Assembly: GCA_963742105.1 (NCBI GenBank)
Contig: CAVUKN010000002.1
Location: 79,702 to 143,701 of the forward strand
Origin: an uncultured Acidobacteriota bacterium
GTDB lineage: Bacteria; Acidobacteriota; Vicinamibacteria; Vicinamibacterales; UBA2999
DNA: 64,000 nt
Reading direction: 5' to 3'
Position numbers and translations under genes: made by a program. The notes under the pieces are model-generated. The model saw only the letters and a list, made by a program, of their open reading frames with translations. It ran no database searches and was not told where the DNA came from. Of this stretch, positions 18,509 to 27,881 are shown piece by piece. Each line of letters starts with the position of its first letter. Within the stretch, counting starts at the first letter, position 1.

Positions 18509-20332
18509 TCAGCGGTTCGCCACCGCGCCGAACTCGGACGGGGGCCGCCGGTGGTGGGTGGCCGCCTCATAGGCTGACGCGATCCGGATCAGCAGCATCT
18601 CGTTGAACGGCGCCGCGATCACGTCCACGCCGACCGGGAGTTGCGCGGAAACGGGACCGACCAGCCGCGTGCCATTCTGTCCGTCTCGCTCACGATCCCA
18701 CACCTCGGTGGTAAAACCGGCCGGCACGGTGATCGCCGGAAATCCCTGCTGGCCGATCACCGACCAGCCAATCGGCGTGCGTCCGGCGGCTGCCGGCTCA
18801 CGCGGATTTGTCAGCTTGCGCGGGGGCACCGTCGACATCGGCGAAAACCAGGCATCGACCTTCTGTTCCTGCATGCACTGCAGCAGCAGCGTCTGCAGCC
18901 CGGCGCGCAGTTCCAGTCGCTGCGACGGGTCGTACATCGCCTGGCGTTCCGCGGTCTCACGCGCCTGCTTGCGGTTCGGAAAATTCGGATCGGTGTAGAA
19001 GCGTGCCTTGGTGATCAGATCAGCGTTCGACGTGATGTTCGCGTCGTCGCGTTCGCTCAAATACTTGTTGATCTGATAGCGATCCTCGCCGACGACCGCT
19101 ACGGTGTTGAGAGTCAGCAGTGATACGGGAGGTCGAACGCGCAGCAGTGTCGGAGTCCATCTCGCAAAGCACTGATCGAACAGCGCCTTACCGGGACCTG
19201 GATCGACGACGGTCGCGCCCAGCTTGCGAAGATCTTCGATCGCCTTCTCGGCGAGAGCCAGGCTCTGCTCGTCCGCCTTCGTATAGGCATCCCGGTTCAT
19301 GTACTCACGGATGACGCCGATGCGCACGCCGTCCAGACGCCGCGCCGATGCCGCGGTTGCGTACGGCTGCGCTGGCGTGCGCCCGACGCTCTGCACGGTA
19401 ACGGGATCCATCGGGTCGTAACCGGCGATCACGTCCAGGATCTTCGCCGCGTCGGCCACCGTCCGGCAGATTGGACCGGTTCGCATGTTGATACCCGCAC
19501 CGATCATCCCGTCGTGGCTGACGAGCTCCACGGTGGGAGCAATTCCGACCAGGCTGTTCACGGCCGACGGCCAGCGGATCGACACGACCGTCTCCTCGCC
19601 GATCGCACACGTCACCAGGTTCGCGGCTACCGACGATGCCGAACCCGCGCTCGACATTCCGGGTTCCCGCTCGGTGTCGTACGGGTTGCAGAACGTGCCG
19701 CCGAAGGAGCTCCGCGCGCCGTCAACGGCGTACTCCGCCAGATTCGCCTTCGCGAGGATGATTGCGCCCGCATCCCTCAACCGCTTCACGAACGTCGCAT
19801 CGTCGGGCGGGCGATCGTTCGCGTAGTCGGCATCGGCACCGGCGGTCGTCCGCATGTCGAAGGTGTCGTACTGGTCCTTGATCGCCATGACGACGCCGTG
19901 CAGCGGGCCGACGAGTCGGCCGGTACGGGCGAACTGGGCATCCTGCGCTGCGGCGGTCTCGAGCGCATCGGGCATGGACGGCCGGTTGTCGGTGGTATCC
20001 GTCAAGCTTCGCGCCTTCCGCGCGTCGAATCCCCATTTCTCACGCGTCGCCGGCCGCAGGTTCAGCGTGACGAGCGCGTTGATCTGCCGTGCGTGCGGGA
20101 TAGTGGTGATCGGGCCGAGTATGCCCTGGGGCTGATTCACGCAGGTCCCGTTGTACGACTGTGCACGCCACAGGTACTGCTCGACGAGTGCGGCGGTCGT
20201 GATCTGTTTCTGCTGCAGCGCCTGCTGAATGCCGGCGATGGTTGCCTCTTCCACCGTGAACGGAGGTCGCCGCGTTTGCGCGACGAGCGTCGCTGTCGAG
20301 AGGGCCAGGATGATCGCGAGAGCCTTCATCAT
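18509..20332 (-). CDS. Secreted amidase-signature family enzyme
   Basis: GPLHGVVMAIKDQYDT, AGAIILAKAN, PGMSSAGS, GEETVVSIRWPS; signal peptide. Confidence 0.9.
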   Translation of the reverse strand: MMKALAIILALSTATLVAQTRRPPFTVEEATIAGIQQALQQKQITTAALVEQYLWRAQSYNGTCVNQPQGILGPITTIPHARQINALVTLNLRPATREKWGFDARKARSLTDTTDNRPSMPDALETAAAQDAQFARTGRLVGPLHGVVMAIKDQYDTFDMRTTAGADADYANDRPPDDATFVKRLRDAGAIILAKANLAEYAVDGARSSFGGTFCNPYDTEREPGMSSAGSASSVAANLVTCAIGEETVVSIRWPSAVNSLVGIAPTVELVSHDGMIGAGINMRTGPICRTVADAAKILDVIAGYDPMDPVTVQSVGRTPAQPYATAASARRLDGVRIGVIREYMNRDAYTKADEQSLALAEKAIEDLRKLGATVVDPGPGKALFDQCFARWTPTLLRVRPPVSLLTLNTVAVVGEDRYQINKYLSERDDANITSNADLITKARFYTDPNFPNRKQARETAERQAMYDPSQRLELRAGLQTLLLQCMQEQKVDAWFSPMSTVPPRKLTNPREPAAAGRTPIGWSVIGQQGFPAITVPAGFTTEVWDRERDGQNGTRLVGPVSAQLPVGVDVIAAPFNEMLLIRIASAYEAATHHRRPPSEFGAVANR

Positions 20333-20367
20333 CGACGGTCTCCAGAAGTTCAGTGAATGCGGCCAGC

Positions 20368-20766
20368 CTACACGCGTGAGGTGTGGCGAGCGGCAGCATA
20401 TGTCTGCAGACGCCCGTAAGCCACGACGCACAGCAGCACGCCAGCGACGAACGGCAGTATGGCGAGCGACACCGGCTGTGTCATCAGCGTAACCGTCACG
20501 GCGCCGATCATGATGATGAGCAGGCCGATCGCCGCGATCGGCGTCAAGCGTGGAAGGATACCCGTCAACTGCGGCACGATCAGGCCGATCGCGCCCAGGC
20601 ATTCGCATACGCCGATGAAGCGGATGAAACCCGCGGACACCGGGGATCCGGGTGGGGCCATCTGCGCGGGATCCATGAAGAACTTCGACGTGCCGGCGAA
20701 TGCATACAGCAGGGCCAGCAGGATCTGCAGTGTCCAGAGAAATTTGTTGCTTCGAACTATGGCCAT
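20368..20766 (-). CDS. DoxX-like membrane protein
   Basis: LWTLQILLALL.AFAG.SK, FIGVCECLGAIGLIVP, AAIGLLIIMIGA. Confidence 0.88.
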   Translation of the reverse strand: MAIVRSNKFLWTLQILLALLYAFAGTSKFFMDPAQMAPPGSPVSAGFIRFIGVCECLGAIGLIVPQLTGILPRLTPIAAIGLLIIMIGAVTVTLMTQPVSLAILPFVAGVLLCVVAYGRLQTYAAARHTSRV

Positions 20767-20909
20767 CGTCTCTCCTCGAGCCCGCGATGCTCGGCTCTGT
20801 GTATACGTCGAACCAGCCCGGCGTCAATCGACATGGCGGAGATTGTGGGAACCCGTCGGTTTGAGTACAGTCTGTCGGTTCAACGTTTCAACGCGCAGGA
20901 GCCATAGCA

Positions 20910-21605
20910 ATGCGAAGCAGAATCCTGAGTTCAGCACTGGTACTGATGATGGTGGCGGCCTTCGCCTTCGAGGTTGCCGCGCAAGGCGGACAGCCGGGTG
21001 GCGCAGCTCCGGGGGCACAGGGCGCTCCCGCCGGCGACGGGCGGCCGGGTGGCGGTGGACAGGGCGGCGGGGCGGCACGCGGCGGCGGTCGCGGCTTCAG
21101 CCTGCCGCCGCTGTTGATGGAAACCGATGCCTACCCCGATGGCGGCATCATCCCGGCGAAGTACGTCTCGGCGAACAATGGCGGAAACACGCTGCCCGCG
21201 TTCAAGGTGTCGAACATCCCGGCCGGGACGATGTCGTTCGCGGTGATCTTTCATGACCTCGACGTCGCGCTGGGTGGTCCTGCCGACGTGCTGCATATGA
21301 TGGCGTGGAACATCCCTTCTTCCGCCAACGGCTGGCCCGAGGGCAAGCTGCCTGAGGGATCGGTGTATGGCCAGAACTCGATGCGGAACGCCGGCTACAC
21401 CGGACCGGGCGCGCCGGCGGGACCGCGCTTCCACCATTACGTCTTCGAACTCTACGCATTGAACAGCAACCTCGACCTCCCGCCGACAGCAACCCGCGAC
21501 GACCTCATCAAGGCGATGGCGGGTAAGACCACGGCGAAGGCGGCATACGTCGGCCGCTACCGTTCCGGTGAAGCGCCGGCTGCCCCTGCGGGGGGCCGGC
21601 AGTAA
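20910..21605 (+). CDS. YbhB/YbcL (PEBP/Raf kinase inhibitor-like) protein
   Basis: FAVIFHDLD, HMMAWNIP, YTGPGAP, HHYVFELYAL; signal peptide. Confidence 0.9.
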   Translation: MRSRILSSALVLMMVAAFAFEVAAQGGQPGGAAPGAQGAPAGDGRPGGGGQGGGAARGGGRGFSLPPLLMETDAYPDGGIIPAKYVSANNGGNTLPAFKVSNIPAGTMSFAVIFHDLDVALGGPADVLHMMAWNIPSSANGWPEGKLPEGSVYGQNSMRNAGYTGPGAPAGPRFHHYVFELYALNSNLDLPPTATRDDLIKAMAGKTTAKAAYVGRYRSGEAPAAPAGGRQ

Positions 21606-21612
21606 GAGCGGG

Positions 21613-21640
21613 TCGCGGACCTGACAAGGTCCGCGCCACG
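21613..21640. repeat. REP-like hairpin CGCGGACCT-GACA-AGGTCCGCG; exact inverted copy at 22139-22166
   Basis: 28-nt exact reverse-complement match; half copies at 9236-9249 and 21691-21702. Confidence 0.85.
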
Positions 21641-21757
21641 CCGATCCCCAATCGCCGGCTGACACGGCGCGCGCCAACGCTGACGTTAAATCGCGGACCT
21701 GAGACTATCGCGCGGTCTACCCGAGATTGCGCGCCTCACAACCGCGGAGTCAAACAC

Positions 21758-21790
21758 AGGGCGGTCCTGACGGACCGCCCTTTCGCTTTT
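21758..21790 (+). terminator. Intrinsic terminator
   Basis: AGGGCGGTCC-TGAC-GGACCGCCCT stem-loop followed by TTCGCTTTT. Confidence 0.7.
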
Positions 21791-21842
21791 CGGAAGCGTT
21801 TCGCAGCGCGGAAACGGCATCCCGCTTGTTTCTGCCCGGTTC

Positions 21843-22028
21843 ATGCGGTGGATGTTTCTGGTCGCCGCCGTGCTGGCCTTGCCGCTTGCGCCAGAGCCGT
21901 CAACAGGTCCAGTCGGCGTCGATTTTCAAAACGTGCACGTCCACGTGGCTCCTGGAGTCGTAATGGAAGTGCAGCACCTCCAGGGCGCGCTCGTCAGCAA
22001 CGTTGACGGAGCGCCTCCGACCTGGTGA
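21843..22028 (+). pseudogene. Probably truncated secreted protein (signal peptide + about 40 aa)
   Basis: Good signal peptide and beta-strand-like sequence stop abruptly where the repeat array begins. Confidence 0.45.
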
Positions 22029-22040
22029 GACCCTTTCCGT

Positions 22041-22412
22041 GTTAGTGCGAGGTGTGGTTCGTGCTGGTGCGATTCGCGATCCTTGCTGGTGCGAGGCTCG
22101 ATCCGTGTTGGTGCGAGGCGCGATTGTGCTGGTGGAGACGTGGCGCGGACCTTGTCAGGTCCGCGAGAGGAAGTCTCGCCAGACCGCGAACCGCTTCGGT
22201 CAGCTCCGGCTGCGACGCGGCGCCGTAGGAGATTCGCAGAAAGCTTTCGCCGTGCGGACCAAATGCGGCACCGGGAATCGTCACGATATCGGCTCCCCCA
22301 TCGCACCATCACGGATCACCGTCGCACCCACAAGCATCACCATCGCACCGCCGGGTATCACCCTCGCACCATCGGCGATCACCATCCGCACCGACACGCA
22401 TCGCCTCGCACG
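22041..22412. repeat. Inverted 21-22 bp arrays: GGTGCGA arm (22041-22138) and TCGCACC arm (22300-22412)
   Basis: Periodic cores directly visible. Confidence 0.8.
22170..22295 (-). pseudogene. Remnant C-terminus of a class I/II PLP aminotransferase
   Basis: DIVTIPGAAFGPHGESFLRISYGAA..ELTEAVRGL matches the PG.AFG..G..FLRISY terminal motif; no upstream part. Confidence 0.65.
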
Positions 22413-22413
22413 T

Positions 22414-23268
22414 CTAGCGCTGACAGACCGGACAGTAGAACGTGGAACGCCCGGCCTGCACGATCCGCTTGATCGTGCCGCTGCACCCGCGCCGGGAACA
22501 GCGCCGTCCCTCGTGGTCGTAGACACGAAATCGATCCTCGCCGCCGGCCCGGTGCTGGTTGGCGATGGCGTCGTGCAGCACCGACCTGATGGCCTTCACG
22601 AGTGCGACCGTTTCAGGACGAGGCTGGCCAGTTCGGTTGACGATGGAGCCGGCCCGACGTTTCGGGGAGAGCCGCGCAACGTGAAGCGCCTCGCAGGCGT
22701 AAATGTTTCCCAGACCAGCCACGATGCGCTGGTCGAGCAGCGCAACCTTGAGTGGCGTCTTGCGACCCGACAGCGCGCCGGCGAGGGCCCCGGCGGAGAA
22801 ACCGCGATCCAGCGGCTCCGGACCGAGGTCGCCGACGGCGCTGTCCGTGGTGCGCTCTTCCGCTGTCAGGAGCCTCATCAATCCAAAGCGGCGCGGATCG
22901 GTGAACACGATCGTCGCGCCCGTCGACATCTCGAACAGCACGTGATCGTGCTTGCCGAGGATGTCGCTCTCGCGATCGCCGTACTCGCGGTACGTGACGC
23001 GACGCCGGCCTCGCATGCCGAGGACCCGCAACCAGCCGGACATGCCGAGATGCATCAGGAGGCTGTCGCCGGACGCGAGCTCGATGAGCAGGTACTTGGC
23101 CCGGCGCCGCACGGCCCGGACCGTTTGCCCTTCCAGGCGCTCCGCGAAGTCCGCCGAAAACGGCAGCCGCAGGTCTGCTCGCCGGAGAATCACCTGGTCG
23201 ATGCGTGCACCCTCCATGGCCGGTTGCAGGAACCGGCGGACGTATTCGACCTCCGGGAGTTCAGGCAC
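22414..23268 (-). CDS. mutM: Formamidopyrimidine-DNA glycosylase
   Basis: MPELPEVE, RRAKYLL, HLGMSG, DPRRFG, VAGLGNIYACE, C-terminal zinc finger RSTFYCPVCQ. Confidence 0.97.
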   Translation of the reverse strand: MPELPEVEYVRRFLQPAMEGARIDQVILRRADLRLPFSADFAERLEGQTVRAVRRRAKYLLIELASGDSLLMHLGMSGWLRVLGMRGRRRVTYREYGDRESDILGKHDHVLFEMSTGATIVFTDPRRFGLMRLLTAEERTTDSAVGDLGPEPLDRGFSAGALAGALSGRKTPLKVALLDQRIVAGLGNIYACEALHVARLSPKRRAGSIVNRTGQPRPETVALVKAIRSVLHDAIANQHRAGGEDRFRVYDHEGRRCSRRGCSGTIKRIVQAGRSTFYCPVCQR

Positions 23269-23291
23269 GGTACGCAGCTATAGTGGTGGTC

Positions 23292-25355
23292 ATGACCCGA
23301 TTTTTAGCCATCGTGCTCACCGCAATCATGGGCGTTGGCGTCGGTGCCGATGAAGGCATGTGGACATTCGACAATGTGCCCAGGGATACGATTGCGCGCA
23401 AGTACCAAGTCTCGCTCACTGACCAGTGGCTGCAGCGCGTACAGCAGTCAGTGGTCCGTCTGGAAAGCGGGTGCACCGGCTCGTTCGTGTCCGCCGAAGG
23501 GCTGATCCTGACCAACCATCATTGTTCAGCCGAGTGCCTGAGTGATCTCTCAACCGCGCAGCGCGACCTCATCGCGGACGGATTCGTGGCCACCGGACGC
23601 GAGCAGGAGCTCCGCTGTCCCGGTCAGCAGGTGTCGGTGTTGATGGCCACGGAGAACGTGACGCCCCAGGTCACCAAGGCGATTTCGGGAGTGCCGGCGG
23701 CGCAGGTCGCCGCATCCCGGAACACGGCACTGACCAATCTCGAGAGTCAATGTGAGGACGCGGCCACGAAAGCGGGGACCCCCCGCAAGTGCGAAGCGGT
23801 GACGCTGTATCAGGGCGGCCAGTACTGGCTGTACAAGTACAAGCGGTACGACGACATCCGGCTCGCGTTCGCACCGGAAGCGGCGGTCGCCGCGTTCGGC
23901 GGCGATCCAGACAATTTCCAGTTTCCGCGGTGGTGTCTCGACATGTCGATCCTGCGAGCCTATGAAAACGGCAAGCCGGCGGCAACTCCGACACACCTGA
24001 CGATCAACTGGGCCGGCGCGATGGCCGGCGAGCCGGTGTTCGTCGCCGGTCACCCCGGCACCACGCAACGGCTCCTCACCGATGCCCAGCTGAAGACCCA
24101 GCGCGATCTCGTCCTGCCGTTCTGGTTGTTGCGTTATTCGGAATTGCGCGGCCGGCTGATTCAGTTCTCCAAGACGTCTCCCGAGGCGCAGCGAACCGCC
24201 AAGGAGTATCTCGACACCATCGAGAACTCGCATAAGGTGCGGCGTATGCAGCTGTTCTCACTCCTCGACGACCGGCTGATGAACCAGCACGCCGCCGACG
24301 AGCGCAAGCTGCGAGCGTCCGTGCAGGCGAGCGGCAACAAGGCGACCGCAGCGACGTGGGACCAGATTACCAAGGCAGAGGAGCGCTATCGCGACATTTT
24401 GATCCCGTACACCTTCCTCGAGGGCGCCGCCGGGTTCAACAGCGATCTGTTCCTCTACGCCCGCCAGATCGTCCGGGCGGCCGACGAGCGTGGCAAGCCG
24501 AACGCCAGCCGGCTACGCGAATACACCGACGCAGCGCTGACGCAGTTAAAGACCGAGCTCGAGGCGAAGCGGCCGATCTATCCTGACGTCGAGCAGGTGC
24601 GACTTTCGTTCTCGCTCGAACGGATGCGCGAATATCTCGGCCCGGACAACGACGTGATCAAGACGGTGTTCGGCACGGCCAGCGCTGACGAGCGCACGAA
24701 GGAGCTGGTCACGAAGTCGACGCTGGCGGATCCGGCTGCGCGGGTCACGCTGTTCGACGGCGGCCAGGCAGCGGTGGCCGCGAGCACCGATCCGATGATC
24801 CTGCTGGCGCGGGCGGTCGATGCCGAATCGCGGCGGCTGCGAACGATCTACGAGAACGAAGTAGACGGCCCGGAGCGGCGGGCGCAGCAGACGATCGCCG
24901 AGGCCCGCTTCAAGACCTACGGCACTCGCGTCTACCCGGATGCGACGTTCACGCTACGCCTCACCTACGGTGCCGTCCAAGGGTGGAACGAAGCCGGAAC
25001 CGCGGTGGATCCGTTCACCCGCCTGGACCGCCTCTACGCGCGCGCCACCGGCGCACCACCGTTCGCGCTGCCCAAGAGCTGGCTCGATGCGAAGTCACGG
25101 CTCGACCTGAACGCCCGCGCCAACTTCGTCGCTACCACCGACATCATCGGCGGCAACTCCGGAAGTCCGATGGTGAATGCGGCCGGCGAGGTTGTCGGCC
25201 TGATCTTCGACGGGAACATTCACTCGATCTCGGGTTCGTACTGGTTCGACGCCGCCAAGAACCGGTCGGTGGCGGTGCACCCGCAGTTCATCCGCGCCGG
25301 CCTGACGCAGGTCTACAAGGCCGAGGCGCTCGCCCAGGAGCTCGGCGCGCGGTAG
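23292..25355 (+). CDS. S46-family dipeptidyl peptidase
   Basis: ADEGMW, GCTGSFVS.EGLILTNHHC, FGGDPDNF, YPDATFTLRL, DIIGGNSGSP, GLIFDGN. Confidence 0.95.
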   Translation: MTRFLAIVLTAIMGVGVGADEGMWTFDNVPRDTIARKYQVSLTDQWLQRVQQSVVRLESGCTGSFVSAEGLILTNHHCSAECLSDLSTAQRDLIADGFVATGREQELRCPGQQVSVLMATENVTPQVTKAISGVPAAQVAASRNTALTNLESQCEDAATKAGTPRKCEAVTLYQGGQYWLYKYKRYDDIRLAFAPEAAVAAFGGDPDNFQFPRWCLDMSILRAYENGKPAATPTHLTINWAGAMAGEPVFVAGHPGTTQRLLTDAQLKTQRDLVLPFWLLRYSELRGRLIQFSKTSPEAQRTAKEYLDTIENSHKVRRMQLFSLLDDRLMNQHAADERKLRASVQASGNKATAATWDQITKAEERYRDILIPYTFLEGAAGFNSDLFLYARQIVRAADERGKPNASRLREYTDAALTQLKTELEAKRPIYPDVEQVRLSFSLERMREYLGPDNDVIKTVFGTASADERTKELVTKSTLADPAARVTLFDGGQAAVAASTDPMILLARAVDAESRRLRTIYENEVDGPERRAQQTIAEARFKTYGTRVYPDATFTLRLTYGAVQGWNEAGTAVDPFTRLDRLYARATGAPPFALPKSWLDAKSRLDLNARANFVATTDIIGGNSGSPMVNAAGEVVGLIFDGNIHSISGSYWFDAAKNRSVAVHPQFIRAGLTQVYKAEALAQELGAR

Positions 25356-25356
25356 G

Positions 25357-26389
25357 CACCTCGAGGGTGCGAGAGCGATTCTCGAGGTGCGAGGGTGAAC
25401 CGCGAGGGTGCGAGAGTGATTCTCGAGGGTGCGAAGGTCGGACTCTCGTTGGTGCGAGCGTGACGCTCGAAGGTGCGAGAGCGATTCGCGAAGGTGCGAG
25501 GGTGAACCGCGAGGGTGCGAGAGTGATTCTCGAGGGTGCGAGAGCGATTCGCGAAGGTGCGAGAGCGATTCGCGAAGGTGCGAGGATGACGCTCGCAGGT
25601 GCGAGGGCGATGCTCGTGGTGCGAGAGCAAATCGCGAAGGTGCGATGCTCATCCGGGTTGGTGCGATCGTGAGCCGCGTTGGCATGCTTGTCCGGGCGCG
25701 GCGCACGGTGCGACCACGCGGCCAGTCGCTTGGAGCGACATCTCGTTCGCGACAAGTGTGATGATCGTGTTGGGACAGGACCGACCACGGTCGTGCGAGC
25801 GCGTATCACGATGATGTGATCGTGCGCCAGGTCGACGTCATCACCGCTTTACCGAAGCGCTCGTCCCTGGCCGACATGGTCGCGATCTGATTCGCCGACC
25901 ACCAGCGTGAATTCAGCACCGATCATCGATTCGTCCTCGCACCGGCGAGAGTCGAGCTCGCACCGTTGAGGCCGGTCGGCACCAGCGAGAATCGCCCCCG
26001 CACCGACGAGGACCGACTTCGCACCCTCGGGGTTCGCTCTCGCACCAGCGCGAGTCGGACTCGCACCATGAGCATCGCGCTCGCACCCCCGCGGTTCACG
26101 CTCGCACCACGAGCATCGCCATCGCACCTGCGAGCGTCATCCTTGCACCTTCGCGAATCGCTCTCGCACCCCGCGGTTCACGCTCGCACCAACGAGAATC
26201 CGACCCTCGCACCGTCGAGGTTCACTCTCGCACCAGCGAGAATCGCCCTCGCACCGTCGAGGATCCTCCTCGCACCAGCGAGAATCGCCCTCGCACCGTC
26301 GAAGTTCTCCCTCGCACCAGCGAGAGTCAGCCTCGCACCCTCGAGATGCATCCTCGCACCTGCGAGATGCTTCCTCGCACCGTTGCGAT
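25357..26389. repeat. Inverted 21-bp repeat arrays (GGTGCGA left arm, TCGCACC right arm)
   Basis: Left 25557-25626 and right 26101-26170 are near-exact reverse complements; arrays degenerate towards the centre. Confidence 0.92.
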
Positions 26390-27715
26390 TCACCCTCCCA
26401 CCTTGAGCCGTCCGGTGCTGTCCCCGATCTTGTCGAGCTGCACGCCAACCGCGTCCATCGTCGTCAGCAGCAGGTTGGACATGGGCGTGTCCATCTCGTA
26501 GCGGACATGGACACCGGTCTTGACCTTTCCGCCCAGGCTGCCGGCGAGCAGGCACGGCAGGTCGGCGTGGCGGTGCAAGTTGCCGTCGCCCATGCCCCCG
26601 CCATAAAGGACCAGGGAGTGATCGAGCAACGACCCATCGCCATCGGGCGTGCGGTCCAGCCGCTCGAGGAAGTACGCCAGCAACTGCGCCTGATAGACGT
26701 CGATCTTGGCCTTCTTCGCAATCAACTCGGGGTCGTTGCGGTGGTGCGACACCGCGTGATGCTGCTCCGGCACACCGATGGCGGCGAACGTCCGCGAGCT
26801 CAATTCGCGCGACAGCACCAGGCTGAACACCCGGGTCACGTCGGCCTGCCAGGCGAGCGCCTGCAGATCGAACATCAGCTTCGTATGCGCGTCGAAGCTG
26901 GCGGGAACGTCGGTCGGCCGCTCGGGCAGCTCGAGATCGATCGGCTGCGATTCGACGTGCTGGATGCGCTGCTCGATTTCGCGAACCGAATCGAGGTACT
27001 CACCGAGCTTGGCCTGGTCACCGGCGCCGAGGCTGTTCGCCACTCGACTCGCTTCGGCCCTCACCGAATCGAGGATGCTGCTGCGGCTGCGCACCCGCGC
27101 CAGTCGCGCCGCTGCGTCCCCGCCGTCGCCGAACAGCCGTTCGAAGACGATTCGCGGGTGCTGTTCAGTCGGATTCGGCGTGGTGTCGTTCCGCCACGAC
27201 ACCGTGTTGATGTAGAAGCAGTCGCCCGAATCGCAGGATCCCTGAGTCGGCTGATCGACGGCCAGTTCGAGCGACGGAATCGGCGAGTCCTTGCCGATCG
27301 CCTGCGCAATGTACTGATCGGCCGTCGTTGCCAGCTTCACTTCGACATCGGGCCGCGTGCGATCGAACGCGTGCACACCGGTCAACCAGACCGCCGACGC
27401 GCGCGGATGATCGCCGGTACCGTCGCCAAACGTGTCGGCCTGCAGATGTGACAGACCCGTCAACACCGAGATCTTGCCGCGCACGTTGGCGAACGGGGCG
27501 AGGATTGGCGTCAGTCCGAAATCGGCCCCGGTCGTGGCCGGCACCCACTGGTTCTGAATGACGCCGTTGGCGATGTAGACGAACCCTACACGCGGCGTCG
27601 GCTGGCCCGCGGCCGTGAGCGCCGGCACCATGGCATCGAGCATCGGCAACGCCACCGTCGCGCCCATCGCTCGCAGGAAGGTCCGCCGGGGAAGCGCTTT
27701 CTTGCTTATAAACAT
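26390..27715 (-). CDS. DUF1552 (HXXSHH) protein with Tat-like signal
   Basis: PRRTFLR..GATVALPMLDAM; HHAVSHH; GMGDGNLH. Confidence 0.92.
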   Translation of the reverse strand: MFISKKALPRRTFLRAMGATVALPMLDAMVPALTAAGQPTPRVGFVYIANGVIQNQWVPATTGADFGLTPILAPFANVRGKISVLTGLSHLQADTFGDGTGDHPRASAVWLTGVHAFDRTRPDVEVKLATTADQYIAQAIGKDSPIPSLELAVDQPTQGSCDSGDCFYINTVSWRNDTTPNPTEQHPRIVFERLFGDGGDAAARLARVRSRSSILDSVRAEASRVANSLGAGDQAKLGEYLDSVREIEQRIQHVESQPIDLELPERPTDVPASFDAHTKLMFDLQALAWQADVTRVFSLVLSRELSSRTFAAIGVPEQHHAVSHHRNDPELIAKKAKIDVYQAQLLAYFLERLDRTPDGDGSLLDHSLVLYGGGMGDGNLHRHADLPCLLAGSLGGKVKTGVHVRYEMDTPMSNLLLTTMDAVGVQLDKIGDSTGRLKVGG

Positions 27716-27881
27716 CGTTCACCTGTCACGCAAAGACACCACGACGGACACGAAGATCTGGAAGGTCACGACGCAGGGACACGATTCCGGCACACGAGCG
27801 ACGGGACACGACGACGACGAAGCCTCGAACGTTAACTGTATTCATGGCCTAGGTGGCCTTCGTGGTTGGCTTTTCGTGACC

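Noticed and set aside
20333..20827. N-terminal extension of the 772-aa amidase ORF
   Set aside because: It overlaps the DoxX gene in another frame; the signal peptide begins at MMKALAII (20332).
25357..26389. CRISPR array interpretation of the periodic repeats (also 32660-33900)
   Set aside because: The constant part is only about 7 bp, the intervening 14-15 bp segments recur rather than being unique spacers, the arms are inverted, and no cas genes are present.
25095..26555. ORFs with LAPSRIA / RESLSHP / RRCEG heptad repeats
   Set aside because: By-products of the 21-bp DNA repeat; open in several frames on both strands with no credible RBS or start.
27730..27880. Loose CACGAC/CACGAA repeats (also 32095-32200)
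   Set aside because: Too degenerate to define a unit or assign a role beyond the general microsatellite observation.
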